Below are positions 1 through 8,371 of a DNA stretch of 64,000 nt, in pieces. Numbering within the stretch: the stretch's first letter is position 1; each line of letters begins with the position of its first letter. The position numbers were made by a program, and so were the translations under genes. The stretch is from Oscillospiraceae bacterium (GTDB lineage Bacteria > Bacillota > Clostridia > Oscillospirales > Ruminococcaceae), in assembly GCA_022769565.1 (NCBI GenBank), contig JALEJQ010000008.1, positions 15,833 to 79,832 of the forward strand. The letters are read 5' to 3'. The notes under the pieces are model-generated. The model ran no database searches. It worked only from the letters and a program-made list of their open reading frames with translations, and had not been told where the DNA came from.

Positions 1-135
1 ATCATTTTTTCGACCGTCGGTCAAGTATTTTAAAAAGTTTTCTTGCCGTTTTTACGATTTTGTGATATAATAAACTGAGGAAACGATTTCCTCCGAACGG
101 ATTTATCCAAAACACAGAAAAGGCACGGTATTTCT

Positions 136-762
136 ATGAAAAAAGACAAACGGGATATGATACTTGACGCAGCCGAGGAGCTTATGGGCGTAATGCCCGA
201 CAGTGACATTACGGTTGAACATATCGCAAAAAAAGCCGGCATCGGAAAGGGCAGCGTGTACTACTATTTCCACAGCAAGGATGAGATAATAGACGAGGTG
301 GTAGTGCGCAGCTACAAAAAGGCTCTCCGTGAATATTTCCGGGATATTGACGAGCGGCAGACGGCTATCGAAAAAATAAAGCGGCTTTTTGACAGCATGA
401 TAAAAAAGGAATTCCACAACAATCAGCAGAACCTTCTTATTGCGCTGAATATCCGAGACAATATCACCCTGCGGAACAAAATGAAAATGGCAGCCATAGA
501 AACAGTCGCCCCCGTTCTGGCGGAGCTGCTTGACCAGGGCATTGCGGAAGGCACCATAAAAACCGATATGCCGGAAGAAAGCGCCGAAATGATAGTTGCG
601 ACAATATCATTCCTGTTCGATACATCGGTATTCCCCGAAAGGGATCAAAAGCTGCACAACAAGCTGCGGCTCCTTGCAAGGGTACTGGAGACCTGTCTGC
701 GAGCCGAGTCGGGCAGCTTTGATTTCCTTTTCAGCCGCCGTGACAACTACACCAATAATTGA
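136..762 (+). CDS. TetR/AcrR-family transcriptional regulator
   Basis: 208-aa ORF. N-terminal HTH signature ITVEHIAKKAGIGKGSVYYYFHSKDEII is typical of the TetR family. The stop abuts the next ORF. Confidence 0.85.
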   Translation: MKKDKRDMILDAAEELMGVMPDSDITVEHIAKKAGIGKGSVYYYFHSKDEIIDEVVVRSYKKALREYFRDIDERQTAIEKIKRLFDSMIKKEFHNNQQNLLIALNIRDNITLRNKMKMAAIETVAPVLAELLDQGIAEGTIKTDMPEESAEMIVATISFLFDTSVFPERDQKLHNKLRLLARVLETCLRAESGSFDFLFSRRDNYTNN

Positions 763-776
763 AAGGATGTTTTCAT

Positions 777-1919
777 ATGAACAAAAAGGAACTTGCGGAA
801 ATAAAAAAGAATTTCAGCGATACAAGCGGATTTTTCACACTTAACAGGGTCGTTACGGTTTACATAGACCCACAGAAAAACGTCCGCTGCAAGACAAACA
901 GGCTGTACAGCCTTATTCCCGAAGAGGAAGGCTCCGTGCTTATGGAATCTCTCAGCAAAATTTTCAGAGGCAGCCTGGGCAAGGGTCTCCTTGAATACTC
1001 CTTCCCCAACGCCGAATACGAGGAGGACGGCGCACAGAAGATACTTTACGACGCAATGAAGACCAAGCTCACCGACGAAGCCGCTGCGGACAAGCTTATT
1101 GTGCGAATTGTCAACAACCTTGCCTACGAAGCGGCGTACACCATTATTCTCGGTCACTGCTCCTACAGCATAATGTCCAAGGACAGAAATGACGAGAGCC
1201 TTGACAACGCCGCAGACGAGTACAACTTTATCGTTGCCGCCATATGCCCCGCAAACACAAGCGACGACGGACTTATGTTTGACAGCGAAACAAACACTAT
1301 CGTAAAAAAAGCAAATACCGACCTTATTATCAGCCGTGAGCCTACAGACGGCTTTTTCTTCCCCGTTTTCAGCGACAGAGCACCCGATGTTAACAGCGTT
1401 ATGTACTTCACAAAGTCCCCCAAGAAGCCCAACATTTCCTGCATTGATGATGTTCTCGGCTGCGAGTTCATAATGTCCGCACACGGCGAAAAGGAGACCT
1501 TCCAGGCAGTTCTCAACGATGTTGCCGGAGATGAGCTTAACTACACCGTTATAACCCAGGTCAACGAAAAGCTGAGGGAGCTTGTTGCAAATTCAAAGAA
1601 CGAGACCGAGCTGCCCGTTTTGGACGGAAACAAGATGTACAACATTCTTTCCGATTCGGGAATAAGCGATGAAAGGCTTGAAGCGCTGCCTGCCATATAC
1701 AAAAACAAGGTTGGCGACGGCGTTCTTACCGCAACCAACCTTGTTGAAAACAAAACTACCCTTTCCACCCCCGAGATAACCGTGAACATCAGCAAGGACG
1801 CTACCGACAAGGTGCGCACCACCGTTGTTGACGGCAGACGCTGCCTTATTATCGACCTTGACGACCCTGCAATTCAGATAAACGGTATGACTACACGCAT
1901 TACGGGGAACAGTATATAA
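777..1919 (+). CDS. conserved hypothetical protein (DUF4317-like, from memory)
   Basis: Long uninterrupted ORF. I prefer the internal ATG at 777 (MNKKELAEIKKNF...) over the TTG at 759. Soluble acidic protein with no recognisable catalytic motif. Confidence 0.6.
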   Translation: MNKKELAEIKKNFSDTSGFFTLNRVVTVYIDPQKNVRCKTNRLYSLIPEEEGSVLMESLSKIFRGSLGKGLLEYSFPNAEYEEDGAQKILYDAMKTKLTDEAAADKLIVRIVNNLAYEAAYTIILGHCSYSIMSKDRNDESLDNAADEYNFIVAAICPANTSDDGLMFDSETNTIVKKANTDLIISREPTDGFFFPVFSDRAPDVNSVMYFTKSPKKPNISCIDDVLGCEFIMSAHGEKETFQAVLNDVAGDELNYTVITQVNEKLRELVANSKNETELPVLDGNKMYNILSDSGISDERLEALPAIYKNKVGDGVLTATNLVENKTTLSTPEITVNISKDATDKVRTTVVDGRRCLIIDLDDPAIQINGMTTRITGNSI

Positions 1920-2082
1920 GGGAACCTCTAAAAACCTCCTTCACGGCAAATCCTCTATGAGTTTTGCCATCTGCTTCGTTATCAAACCTTGTAATACATC
2001 AAGTATTACTGCGGTTTGATGCCTTGCAGCTGACAAAACTCATTACGAGGCTTTGCTCGTGTCCCGGTTTTTAGAGAACCCC
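1920..2082 (+). repeat. 163-nt rod-like hairpin repeat (GGGAACCTCTAAAAACC...GGTTTTTAGAGAACCCC), copy 1
   Basis: Near-identical second copy at 50378-50541. The arms are complementary, with compensatory differences between the copies. Flanked by ATAA on both sides. Confidence 0.85.
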
Positions 2083-2103
2083 ATAAGTAAAAAGGAGCTG
2101 CCA

Positions 2104-2715
2104 ATGCTTGAACAAATAAAAAAATTCGATAACGGCTTTACGCTTAAAAGGAAAGGCTTTTTTGCGCTGGGAGCGGTGATGCTTGCGGTGCTGTGGGCGG
2201 TGCTGTGGCTTATTTTCCCTATGGAATGGTACGCTGTGTTTTTCGCCTCAACAGTCGGCAGCTATGTTACCCTTGCGCTCCTTGCGGCGGTGCTGATACT
2301 GCCCTTCTGCTGGCTTTTTTCCCTTATTACCTCCACAAACATATCAGTAACGAAGAATTTTATCGTTAATTTCATTTTTCTTATAGGAACGTTCTTTCTT
2401 TTTGCCGCCTTCCGCTACAGTATGGTATGGCTTATAATAATTGCGGCGGTGCTTCATATTGCCGCTATGGTATGGGTGCTGGGAACTGCGCCAACTGTGC
2501 CGAAAAAGCGTATAAAGCGAATGAAAGCAAAGCCTGTTTTCTACGAAAAAATAACAGGCGGTAAGGTAAAAGCCGATGAGGACAGCAGCGCAGAGCTTCT
2601 TCCCATAAAAAAACAGCCGATAGCAGTTATACTAATGGCTGTTTTGTATGTAGTTTTAATTGACCTTGCTTATATCCTGCTTGCATGGCAGATAGCGTTC
2701 ACCTTCAACGGCTGA
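2104..2715 (+). CDS. hypothetical polytopic membrane protein
   Basis: ATG at 2104 preceded by AAAAGGAG. Several long hydrophobic segments. No recognisable family. Confidence 0.6.
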   Translation: MLEQIKKFDNGFTLKRKGFFALGAVMLAVLWAVLWLIFPMEWYAVFFASTVGSYVTLALLAAVLILPFCWLFSLITSTNISVTKNFIVNFIFLIGTFFLFAAFRYSMVWLIIIAAVLHIAAMVWVLGTAPTVPKKRIKRMKAKPVFYEKITGGKVKADEDSSAELLPIKKQPIAVILMAVLYVVLIDLAYILLAWQIAFTFNG

Positions 2716-2716
2716 G

Positions 2717-3550
2717 TTACTCATCTATTTTGACCGCAACCGCCTGAAAGCCGTTTTCCTCGAAGCGGTTAAGGAATGAGCTTTTCATATAGAGTGTTAT
2801 TTCGTCCTTATCGCCGGGGTCCATAAAATAGTAGCAGTTGTTGTCATAACCGCAGAGCACAAGGGTGTGGGAGTTGCCGTACCAGCAGTAGGTCTCGCCG
2901 CTGTCCGTTATCCATTCCGACGGCTTGCGGTAGTTAAAGGGCTTCATATCAACGGTCGCCCAGACTATTACGGGAACGCCCTCGTCTATGAGCTTTTCAA
3001 TATCGGCTGAGTTTATATGCTCCGACAGGGCAAGGGCGGTATAGGACGGATCCTTTTCGGTGAAAAACCTGTTCATCGCCTCCGCAAGAACGGAATCGGA
3101 GCAGCCGTAGCCCCAGCTGTAGGGGTCGCCTGCGAAAACCTTTCTCGGGTCGGGACCGTGGGAATTTCCCGATTCATCATAATAAAAATTATCGTCCCAT
3201 TCAAGATAGTTATCGGTAAAATCGAACTTGTCCGTTTCAAAGCCGAGGTATTGAAGCAGCGCAGCGGCGCATACCGATTCGCAGCCCACGGGCAGCTCGG
3301 GATACTGATTTATCAGCGGAACGTCAATAACTGTCTTGCCGAAAACGGAAACAGGCTTTTCGTAGCCGCTGCCAAGCTCCTCAACGGTGTAGCCGTTATA
3401 AAGGGCGTGAGGGTCTGCGTCAAGTGCTTCGTAGCGCTCCTGCTCCGCCGTTCTTTCGGAGTACAGCGACCATGTACAGAAATAATCGGCGCAGACTGCC
3501 GAAGCCGCAAGGCACAGTCCCAGAGCCGTTACAAGAAGCTTATTGCGCAT
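2717..3550 (-). CDS. secreted C39-like (papain-fold) cysteine peptidase
   Basis: Signal peptide MRNKLLVTALGLCLAASAV. Motif INQYPELPVGCESVCAAALLQYLG followed later by GNSHTLVLCGYD, giving the Q/C/H arrangement of peptidase_C39_2-like domains. Confidence 0.7.
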   Translation of the reverse strand: MRNKLLVTALGLCLAASAVCADYFCTWSLYSERTAEQERYEALDADPHALYNGYTVEELGSGYEKPVSVFGKTVIDVPLINQYPELPVGCESVCAAALLQYLGFETDKFDFTDNYLEWDDNFYYDESGNSHGPDPRKVFAGDPYSWGYGCSDSVLAEAMNRFFTEKDPSYTALALSEHINSADIEKLIDEGVPVIVWATVDMKPFNYRKPSEWITDSGETYCWYGNSHTLVLCGYDNNCYYFMDPGDKDEITLYMKSSFLNRFEENGFQAVAVKIDE

Positions 3551-3629
3551 TTTATCACCACCCGAAATACATTTACACCATTTTACCACAAAAAAATACT
3601 TTTTGCAATATCAAGAAAGGAAGATATAC

Positions 3630-4502
3630 ATGACAGAGCAAATGACAGGTCTTGTCCTTGAGGGCGGAACGTTCAGAGGAATATTCTCCGCAGGCGTTAT
3701 GGACGCATTTATTGAAGCAGGAGTGGAGTTTCCCTACGTTGTAGGCGTTTCCGCAGGCATTTCCAACGGAGTTTCCTACATTTCAAAGCAGTTCGGCAGA
3801 AATATTGACATTCTTGAAAACTACCGCCTTGACAAGCGTTATATCGGCGCAGGAAACTTTCTCAAATGCAAAAGCTGCTTTGGTCTTGACTTTGTTTTCG
3901 GGGATATTCCCAATGAGCTTATCCCCTTTGACTACGATACATATCACAGGTACAAGGGCAGAGTAAGGGTAGGCGTTACCAACGCAGACACAGGCAGCGC
4001 AGAGTTTATGGACGGGCTTACGGACAGCGAAAACTGGCAGTTTCTCCGTGCCACCTGCGCCATTCCGGGACTTTTTCCGCCCATTGAGATAAACGACGGA
4101 CACTATTACGACGGCGGACTTGCCTGCCCGATTGCGGTAACTCAGGCGATAAAGGACGGCTGCACGAAAAACGTTATTATCCTTACCCAGCCTGAGGGCT
4201 TTGTAAAAAAATGCGGCAAGGGCAACGTTGTTATGAGCCAGCTTATAAAGCATAAATTCCCCAAGGTGGAGATAATGCTTCTTGCCCGTCACAGGATATA
4301 CAACAGGCAGGTGAAGTTCTGCGAGGAGCTTGAACGCAGGGGCAAGGCGCTGATAATCCGCCCCAAGGAACGTCTTGACAGCATGGAAAAGGACACTGCG
4401 AAGCTCCGTGCAACGTGGCAGAGCGGCTACGACGAAGCTATGGGCAGAATGGACGAGATAAAAGCCTTCATCGGGGAAGAATATCATATGTACGAAGTTT
4501 GA
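3630..4502 (+). CDS. patatin-like phospholipase
   Basis: Oxyanion motif GGTFRG and nucleophile elbow GVSAG near the N-terminus; a later DGG-type Asp (YYDGGL). Confidence 0.85.
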   Translation: MTEQMTGLVLEGGTFRGIFSAGVMDAFIEAGVEFPYVVGVSAGISNGVSYISKQFGRNIDILENYRLDKRYIGAGNFLKCKSCFGLDFVFGDIPNELIPFDYDTYHRYKGRVRVGVTNADTGSAEFMDGLTDSENWQFLRATCAIPGLFPPIEINDGHYYDGGLACPIAVTQAIKDGCTKNVIILTQPEGFVKKCGKGNVVMSQLIKHKFPKVEIMLLARHRIYNRQVKFCEELERRGKALIIRPKERLDSMEKDTAKLRATWQSGYDEAMGRMDEIKAFIGEEYHMYEV

Positions 4503-4692
4503 AGTGTTAAGAGTGGAGAGTGAAGTTTTTACTGAATTTGGAATGTGAAGAGTGGAAAGTGGAATTATGGGCGCTTTGCTAAATGAATAATGAATAATTT
4601 TGGTGTTCGCTTCGCTCACGAATTTTAAAATACATCGCCACAGGCGACACCTTAATTATTCATTCTTCACTATTCACTATTCATTATTCATT
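4501..4692. repeat. heptamer-array inverted-repeat element (X family), copy X1
   Basis: Purine-rich 7-nt tandem array at 4501-4567. Then an inverted repeat: AAATGAATAATGAATAATT, core GGTGTTCGCTTCGCTCACGAATTTTAAAATACATCGCCACAGGCGACACC, and a TTAATTATTCATT... arm. Confidence 0.8.
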
Positions 4693-4758
4693 TTTTATGA
4701 ATATTTCCTCCTCCGTAAGCGCAGAATAAATAAAAATAAGCGCAAACGGGAGGACGTT

Positions 4759-5793
4759 ATGGCAAAGAAAATTTCAAGAAATACATTTATTATGGAAGAT
4801 CCGCCGTCGATACACAGCTATGCTTCCGTTGCCGGAAAAATGGAAAGCGAAGGCCCTATGGGTCAGTATTTCGACGAGACCGAGCAGGACGGCTATTTCG
4901 GACAGAAGACCTGGGAAAAGGGCGAAAGCGAGCTTATCAAGCGGACGCTGAAAAAAGCTATCGAAAAGGGCGGACTTGTGCCGGGGGACATCGACTATAT
5001 GTTTTCCGGCGACCTGCTGAACCAGTGCATAAGCTCCACATACGGATTACGGGATTTTGAGATACCCATGTTCGGCATTTACGGAGCCTGCTCAACCATG
5101 TCCGAGGGGCTTGCTCTTGCTTCCCTTATGACAGACAGCGGAATAGGCGGAAAAGTAGCTGCTGTGACTTCTTCACACTTTTGCTCTGCGGAAAGACAGT
5201 TCCGATTTCCCCTTTCCTACGGCGGAGTGCGCACACCTACCGCACAGTGGACCTGCACCGCTTCGGGTGCCGTTATACTGTCCCCAAAGGCTGCCGCACC
5301 TTACGTTCGTGCTGTGACCGTGGGCAAGATAGTTGACCTTGGCGTTACCGACGCAAACAACATGGGTGCTGCAATGGCTCCTGCGGCGGCTTACGTTATA
5401 AAAACTTTCCTTCATGACACGGCAATGGAGCCCTCCGATTTTGACGCTATCATTACGGGCGACCTTGGGCTTGTGGGCAGCGAACTGCTTATCGACCTGC
5501 TTCGGACGGAAAATATAGATATTTCAAAGCAGCACAAGGACTGCGGACTTATGATGTTCGACCGTGAGGAGCAGGACGTTCACGCAGGCGGCTCAGGCTG
5601 CGGCTGTTCGGCTTCTATCCTCTGCGGATATTTTCTTGACAAGGTGAAAAACGGCACTTTGAAAAACATTCTTTTCTGTGCAACGGGCGCTCTTATGTCC
5701 ACCACAGCTTCTCAGCAGGGTGAGAGCATTCCCTCCATTTCCCACGCCGTTTTTATCTCCCACGAATCAAGATTCAAGGAAAACTCCAATTAA
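4759..5793 (+). CDS. spoVAD: stage V sporulation protein AD (thiolase-fold)
   Basis: Collinear with remembered B. subtilis SpoVAD blocks: GDLLNQ, YGACST, TSSHFCSAERQFRFP, MGAAMAPAA, GDLGLVG, GGSGCGCSA, ATGALMS, ESIPSISH. ATG at 4759 follows GGGAGGA. Confidence 0.9.
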   Translation: MAKKISRNTFIMEDPPSIHSYASVAGKMESEGPMGQYFDETEQDGYFGQKTWEKGESELIKRTLKKAIEKGGLVPGDIDYMFSGDLLNQCISSTYGLRDFEIPMFGIYGACSTMSEGLALASLMTDSGIGGKVAAVTSSHFCSAERQFRFPLSYGGVRTPTAQWTCTASGAVILSPKAAAPYVRAVTVGKIVDLGVTDANNMGAAMAPAAAYVIKTFLHDTAMEPSDFDAIITGDLGLVGSELLIDLLRTENIDISKQHKDCGLMMFDREEQDVHAGGSGCGCSASILCGYFLDKVKNGTLKNILFCATGALMSTTASQQGESIPSISHAVFISHESRFKENSN

Positions 5794-5819
5794 AAAGCCG
5801 TTTTTCTGCCCAAAACCTT

Positions 5820-5888
5820 GCGCTTCGCTAAATGAATAGTGAATAATTATGGTGTTCACTTCGCTCACTTAATTATTCACTTTTCATT
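5820..5888. repeat. X-family inverted repeat, short copy X2
   Basis: AAATGAATAGTGAATAATTA, truncated core GGTGTTCACTTCGCTCAC, then TTAATTATTCACTTTTCATT. Confidence 0.75.
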
Positions 5889-5898
5889 ACAATAGCTG

Positions 5899-5927
5899 TT
5901 GACAAACTGGAATGTGTGAGTTATAAT
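5899..5927 (+). promoter_or_regulatory. sigma-A-type promoter (TTGACA-17-TATAAT)
   Basis: Perfect -35 at 5899-5904 and perfect -10 at 5922-5927 with a 17-nt spacer. It points into repeat copy A and the lipase gene. Confidence 0.65.
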
Positions 5928-5956
5928 ATTATACAGCATATAGTATCATAACTTTA

Positions 5957-6115
5957 TACTAATCTTTGACCGTTCTATAGACAAAGACGGCAAATAGAAC
6001 ACAGCCAATCAAGATAAGCGGCCGCAGCAAGGCTTGGTGCCTTGCAAGGGAGCTTGACGCCGAGTGGCTGGGTTATAGCTGTCGGATTTGTCTATAGGTT
6101 GGTTAACGATTAGTA
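5957..6115 (+). repeat. TACTAAT-family structured element, copy A (candidate cis-acting RNA or MITE)
   Basis: 159 nt with termini TACTAAT/ATTAGTA. Collinear with copies at 21919-22076(-), 36067-36226(+) and 60266-60423(+). Nested stems show compensatory changes between copies. Confidence 0.85.
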
Positions 6116-6138
6116 TTATATCAAAGGCGGCGGAAAAT

Positions 6139-6954
6139 ATGACGGCAGATACAAAATATCCCATATTAATGGTTCACGGCATGGGCTTTCGTGACTATAA
6201 AAATCTGTGCTACTGGGGCAGGATACCGAAAATACTGGAGCAGAACGGCGCAAAGATCTATTTCGGCAGACAGGACAGCAACGGCTCGGTAGAGAGCAAC
6301 GCCCGTCAGCTTGAAGCAAGCCTTAAAGCCGTGCTTTCCGAAACGGGCGCAGAAAAGGTCAATATAATTGCTCATTCCAAGGGCGGACTTGAAGCACGTT
6401 ATCTTATTTCAACAATGGGTCACGGCGAAAAAATTGCGTCGCTGACGACCCTGTCCACTCCTCATAACGGTTCGCTGACTGTGGATAAGCTGCTTGCTCT
6501 GCCTGCGCCTGCCGTTAAGCTTTGCTGCAAGGCTGCAGATCTGTGGTTCAGACTTCTGGGCGACAGATCTCCCGATACATACAATGCGGTAAACACCTTC
6601 AAAACAAGCACGGCTGATAAATTCAACAGGGAAAACCCCGACGACCCCCGTGTTTATTACCAAAGCTACGGCTTTGTAATGAATAAAATGACCTCCGATA
6701 TGACAATGTGCATACCGTGGCTTGTGGTACATAGCATAGAGGGAGAAAACGACGGTCTGCTTGCGCCGAGGGCAGTTAAATGGACAAATTTCAAGGGCAT
6801 ATACAGCGGAAGCGGCAAACGGGGAATATCCCACTGCGACGAAGTGGATATGCGCCGCAAAAGGCTTTCCGTCCGCAGCGAAAATGCCGCTGTAAACGAC
6901 ATTACGGAGCTGTATCTTCATATTGCGGCGGAACTGAAAAATATGGGCTTCTGA
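6139..6954 (+). CDS. alpha/beta-hydrolase triacylglycerol lipase/esterase
   Basis: YPILMVHGMGF oxyanion region and nucleophile pentapeptide AHSKGG, as in small Bacillus-type lipases. The ATG at 6139 lies just 3' of the repeat. Confidence 0.8.
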   Translation: MTADTKYPILMVHGMGFRDYKNLCYWGRIPKILEQNGAKIYFGRQDSNGSVESNARQLEASLKAVLSETGAEKVNIIAHSKGGLEARYLISTMGHGEKIASLTTLSTPHNGSLTVDKLLALPAPAVKLCCKAADLWFRLLGDRSPDTYNAVNTFKTSTADKFNRENPDDPRVYYQSYGFVMNKMTSDMTMCIPWLVVHSIEGENDGLLAPRAVKWTNFKGIYSGSGKRGISHCDEVDMRRKRLSVRSENAAVNDITELYLHIAAELKNMGF

Positions 6955-7017
6955 ACGGGAAAACATAAATTACCGCTATTTTTTTGTATAAAAATACGGC
7001 TTGTCTGCATAAAATTT

Positions 7018-7044
7018 GGTAGCGCTTCGCTCACGGATTTTAAA
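7018..7044. repeat. X-family core fragment
   Basis: GGTAGCGCTTCGCTCACGGATTTTAAA matches the conserved core of X1, X4 and X5 but has no arms. Confidence 0.5.
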
Positions 7045-7053
7045 CTTTTTCTC

Positions 7054-7082
7054 TTGACAAGCTGTTATTTTTAAGCTATAAT
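7054..7082 (+). promoter_or_regulatory. sigma-A-type promoter (TTGACA-17-TATAAT) of the mntP leader
   Basis: Perfect hexamers at 7054-7059 and 7077-7082 with a 17-nt spacer. Confidence 0.7.
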
Positions 7083-7103
7083 GTTACTGTAAAATTTACA
7101 GTT

Positions 7104-7210
7104 CATAAGGGAGTAGTCAGCGTAAATACATTTACGTTGTAAACATATTTGCGCGGCAAGTCAACATACTGGCGGAAACGTCTGGCTTGCCTTAATTGAC
7201 AAGACTTATG
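7104..7210 (+). promoter_or_regulatory. yybP-ykoY (manganese) riboswitch aptamer
   Basis: P1 CATAAG/CTTATG. Conserved loops GGGAGTAG (L1-like) and AATTGACAAGAC (L3-like). Sits directly upstream of mntP. A U-run at about 7300-7312 suggests a terminator-type platform, which I could not fold unambiguously. Confidence 0.8.
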
Positions 7211-7327
7211 TACAGCAGCTTTTTGTGCGCACTGTACAGGCGGTCACCCTTTTTATGCGGAAACGATATGCTTATGTACTGCTTGCAGCGCATAGGCATT
7301 TTTATTTTGGGAAGGACGGTCATATTT

Positions 7328-7909
7328 ATGGGATTTGCCGAGTTGTTTCTGATAGGAGTGGGACTTTCAATGGACGCTTTTGCGGTGTCTGTCTGCAAGG
7401 GGCTTAATATGCGTGAGAAAATAAACTATAAACACGCATTTATCATCGCCCTGTTTTTCGGCGGCTTTCAGGCTCTTATGCCTGCGATAGGCTACTTTCT
7501 CGGAAGAAATTTCGAGAAGTATATCACCGCTTTCGACCACTGGATAGCTTTCGGACTTCTTGCTTTCATCGGCATAAAAATGATGATCGACGCAGTAAAG
7601 GAATGGAACTGCGAGGACAAGGCGGAGGACAATGACAGGCTTGACATAAAGGAGCTTTTTATGCTTGCCGTTGCAACCAGCATTGACGCTCTTGCGGTGG
7701 GCATAACCTTTGCCTTTTTACAGGTAAGCATAGGCGCTGCTGTAAGCATAATCGGCGTTACCACCTTTGTTCTCTCCATTATCGGAGTTGTTATCGGCAA
7801 CAAGTTCGGCAGCAGATACAAGAGCAAAGCTGAGCTTGCAGGAGGTATCATTCTTGTACTTATCGGCTTGAAGATACTTCTTGAACATCTTGGGATAATC
7901 AATTTTTAA
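7328..7909 (+). CDS. mntP: manganese efflux pump MntP
   Basis: MGFAELFLIGVGLSMDAFAVS..., repeated later as ATSIDALAVG, is the duplicated MntP/DUF204 signature. Riboswitch upstream. Confidence 0.9.
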   Translation: MGFAELFLIGVGLSMDAFAVSVCKGLNMREKINYKHAFIIALFFGGFQALMPAIGYFLGRNFEKYITAFDHWIAFGLLAFIGIKMMIDAVKEWNCEDKAEDNDRLDIKELFMLAVATSIDALAVGITFAFLQVSIGAAVSIIGVTTFVLSIIGVVIGNKFGSRYKSKAELAGGIILVLIGLKILLEHLGIINF

Positions 7910-8339
7910 GCTGCTTCACCATATGGATATGCTGGCAGTATTCGTCCAGATAAACATCGCCTTCAGCCTTATATCCGTTTTTTTCGTAAAAGGTGCGGAC
8001 ACGGCATTGTGCGGAAAGCTCCGTCTGTTTTGCTCCAAGCTCCGCCGCCTTTTCCTCAAGCCTTGACGTTATAAAGCTGCCAAGGTGCATACTGCGGAAT
8101 TCCGGCAGAACGGCTACCCTGCCTATAGTGTAAGCGCCCTGCCGTGCTGACGGAAAAAGCCTGCCCGTTCCTGCGGCTGTACCGTCTGCAAACACCACGA
8201 TATGGACGGCAATGCTGTCGGTGCTGTCAAATTCATTTGCAAAGCCTTGTTCCTTAATAAAGACCTCTTCCCTGATATGTCTTGCTTCTTCGGGAAGAAA
8301 GTTGTATAATTTATATGTGATATTTTTTGTATTTTCCAT
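7899..8339 (-). CDS. GNAT-family N-acetyltransferase
   Basis: 146 aa. The acetyl-CoA motif-A region RVAVLPEFRSMHLGSFI is typical of GNAT. Converges on and overlaps mntP by 11 nt. Confidence 0.8.
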   Translation of the reverse strand: MENTKNITYKLYNFLPEEARHIREEVFIKEQGFANEFDSTDSIAVHIVVFADGTAAGTGRLFPSARQGAYTIGRVAVLPEFRSMHLGSFITSRLEEKAAELGAKQTELSAQCRVRTFYEKNGYKAEGDVYLDEYCQHIHMVKQLKN

Positions 8340-8371
8340 AAAATCACCACCGAAAGGAAGTTTAAATCAAA

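Noticed and set aside
4600-4758. N-terminal 53-aa extension of spoVAD in the ORF track
   Set aside because: The extension is translated from the X1 palindrome (HYSLFIFY...). The conserved SpoVAD sequence begins at the ATG at 4759, which has a GGGAGGA RBS.
6088-6138. TTG-initiated extension of the lipase ORF
   Set aside because: The extra codons lie inside TACTAAT copy A. Lipase homology and a plausible start begin at 6139.
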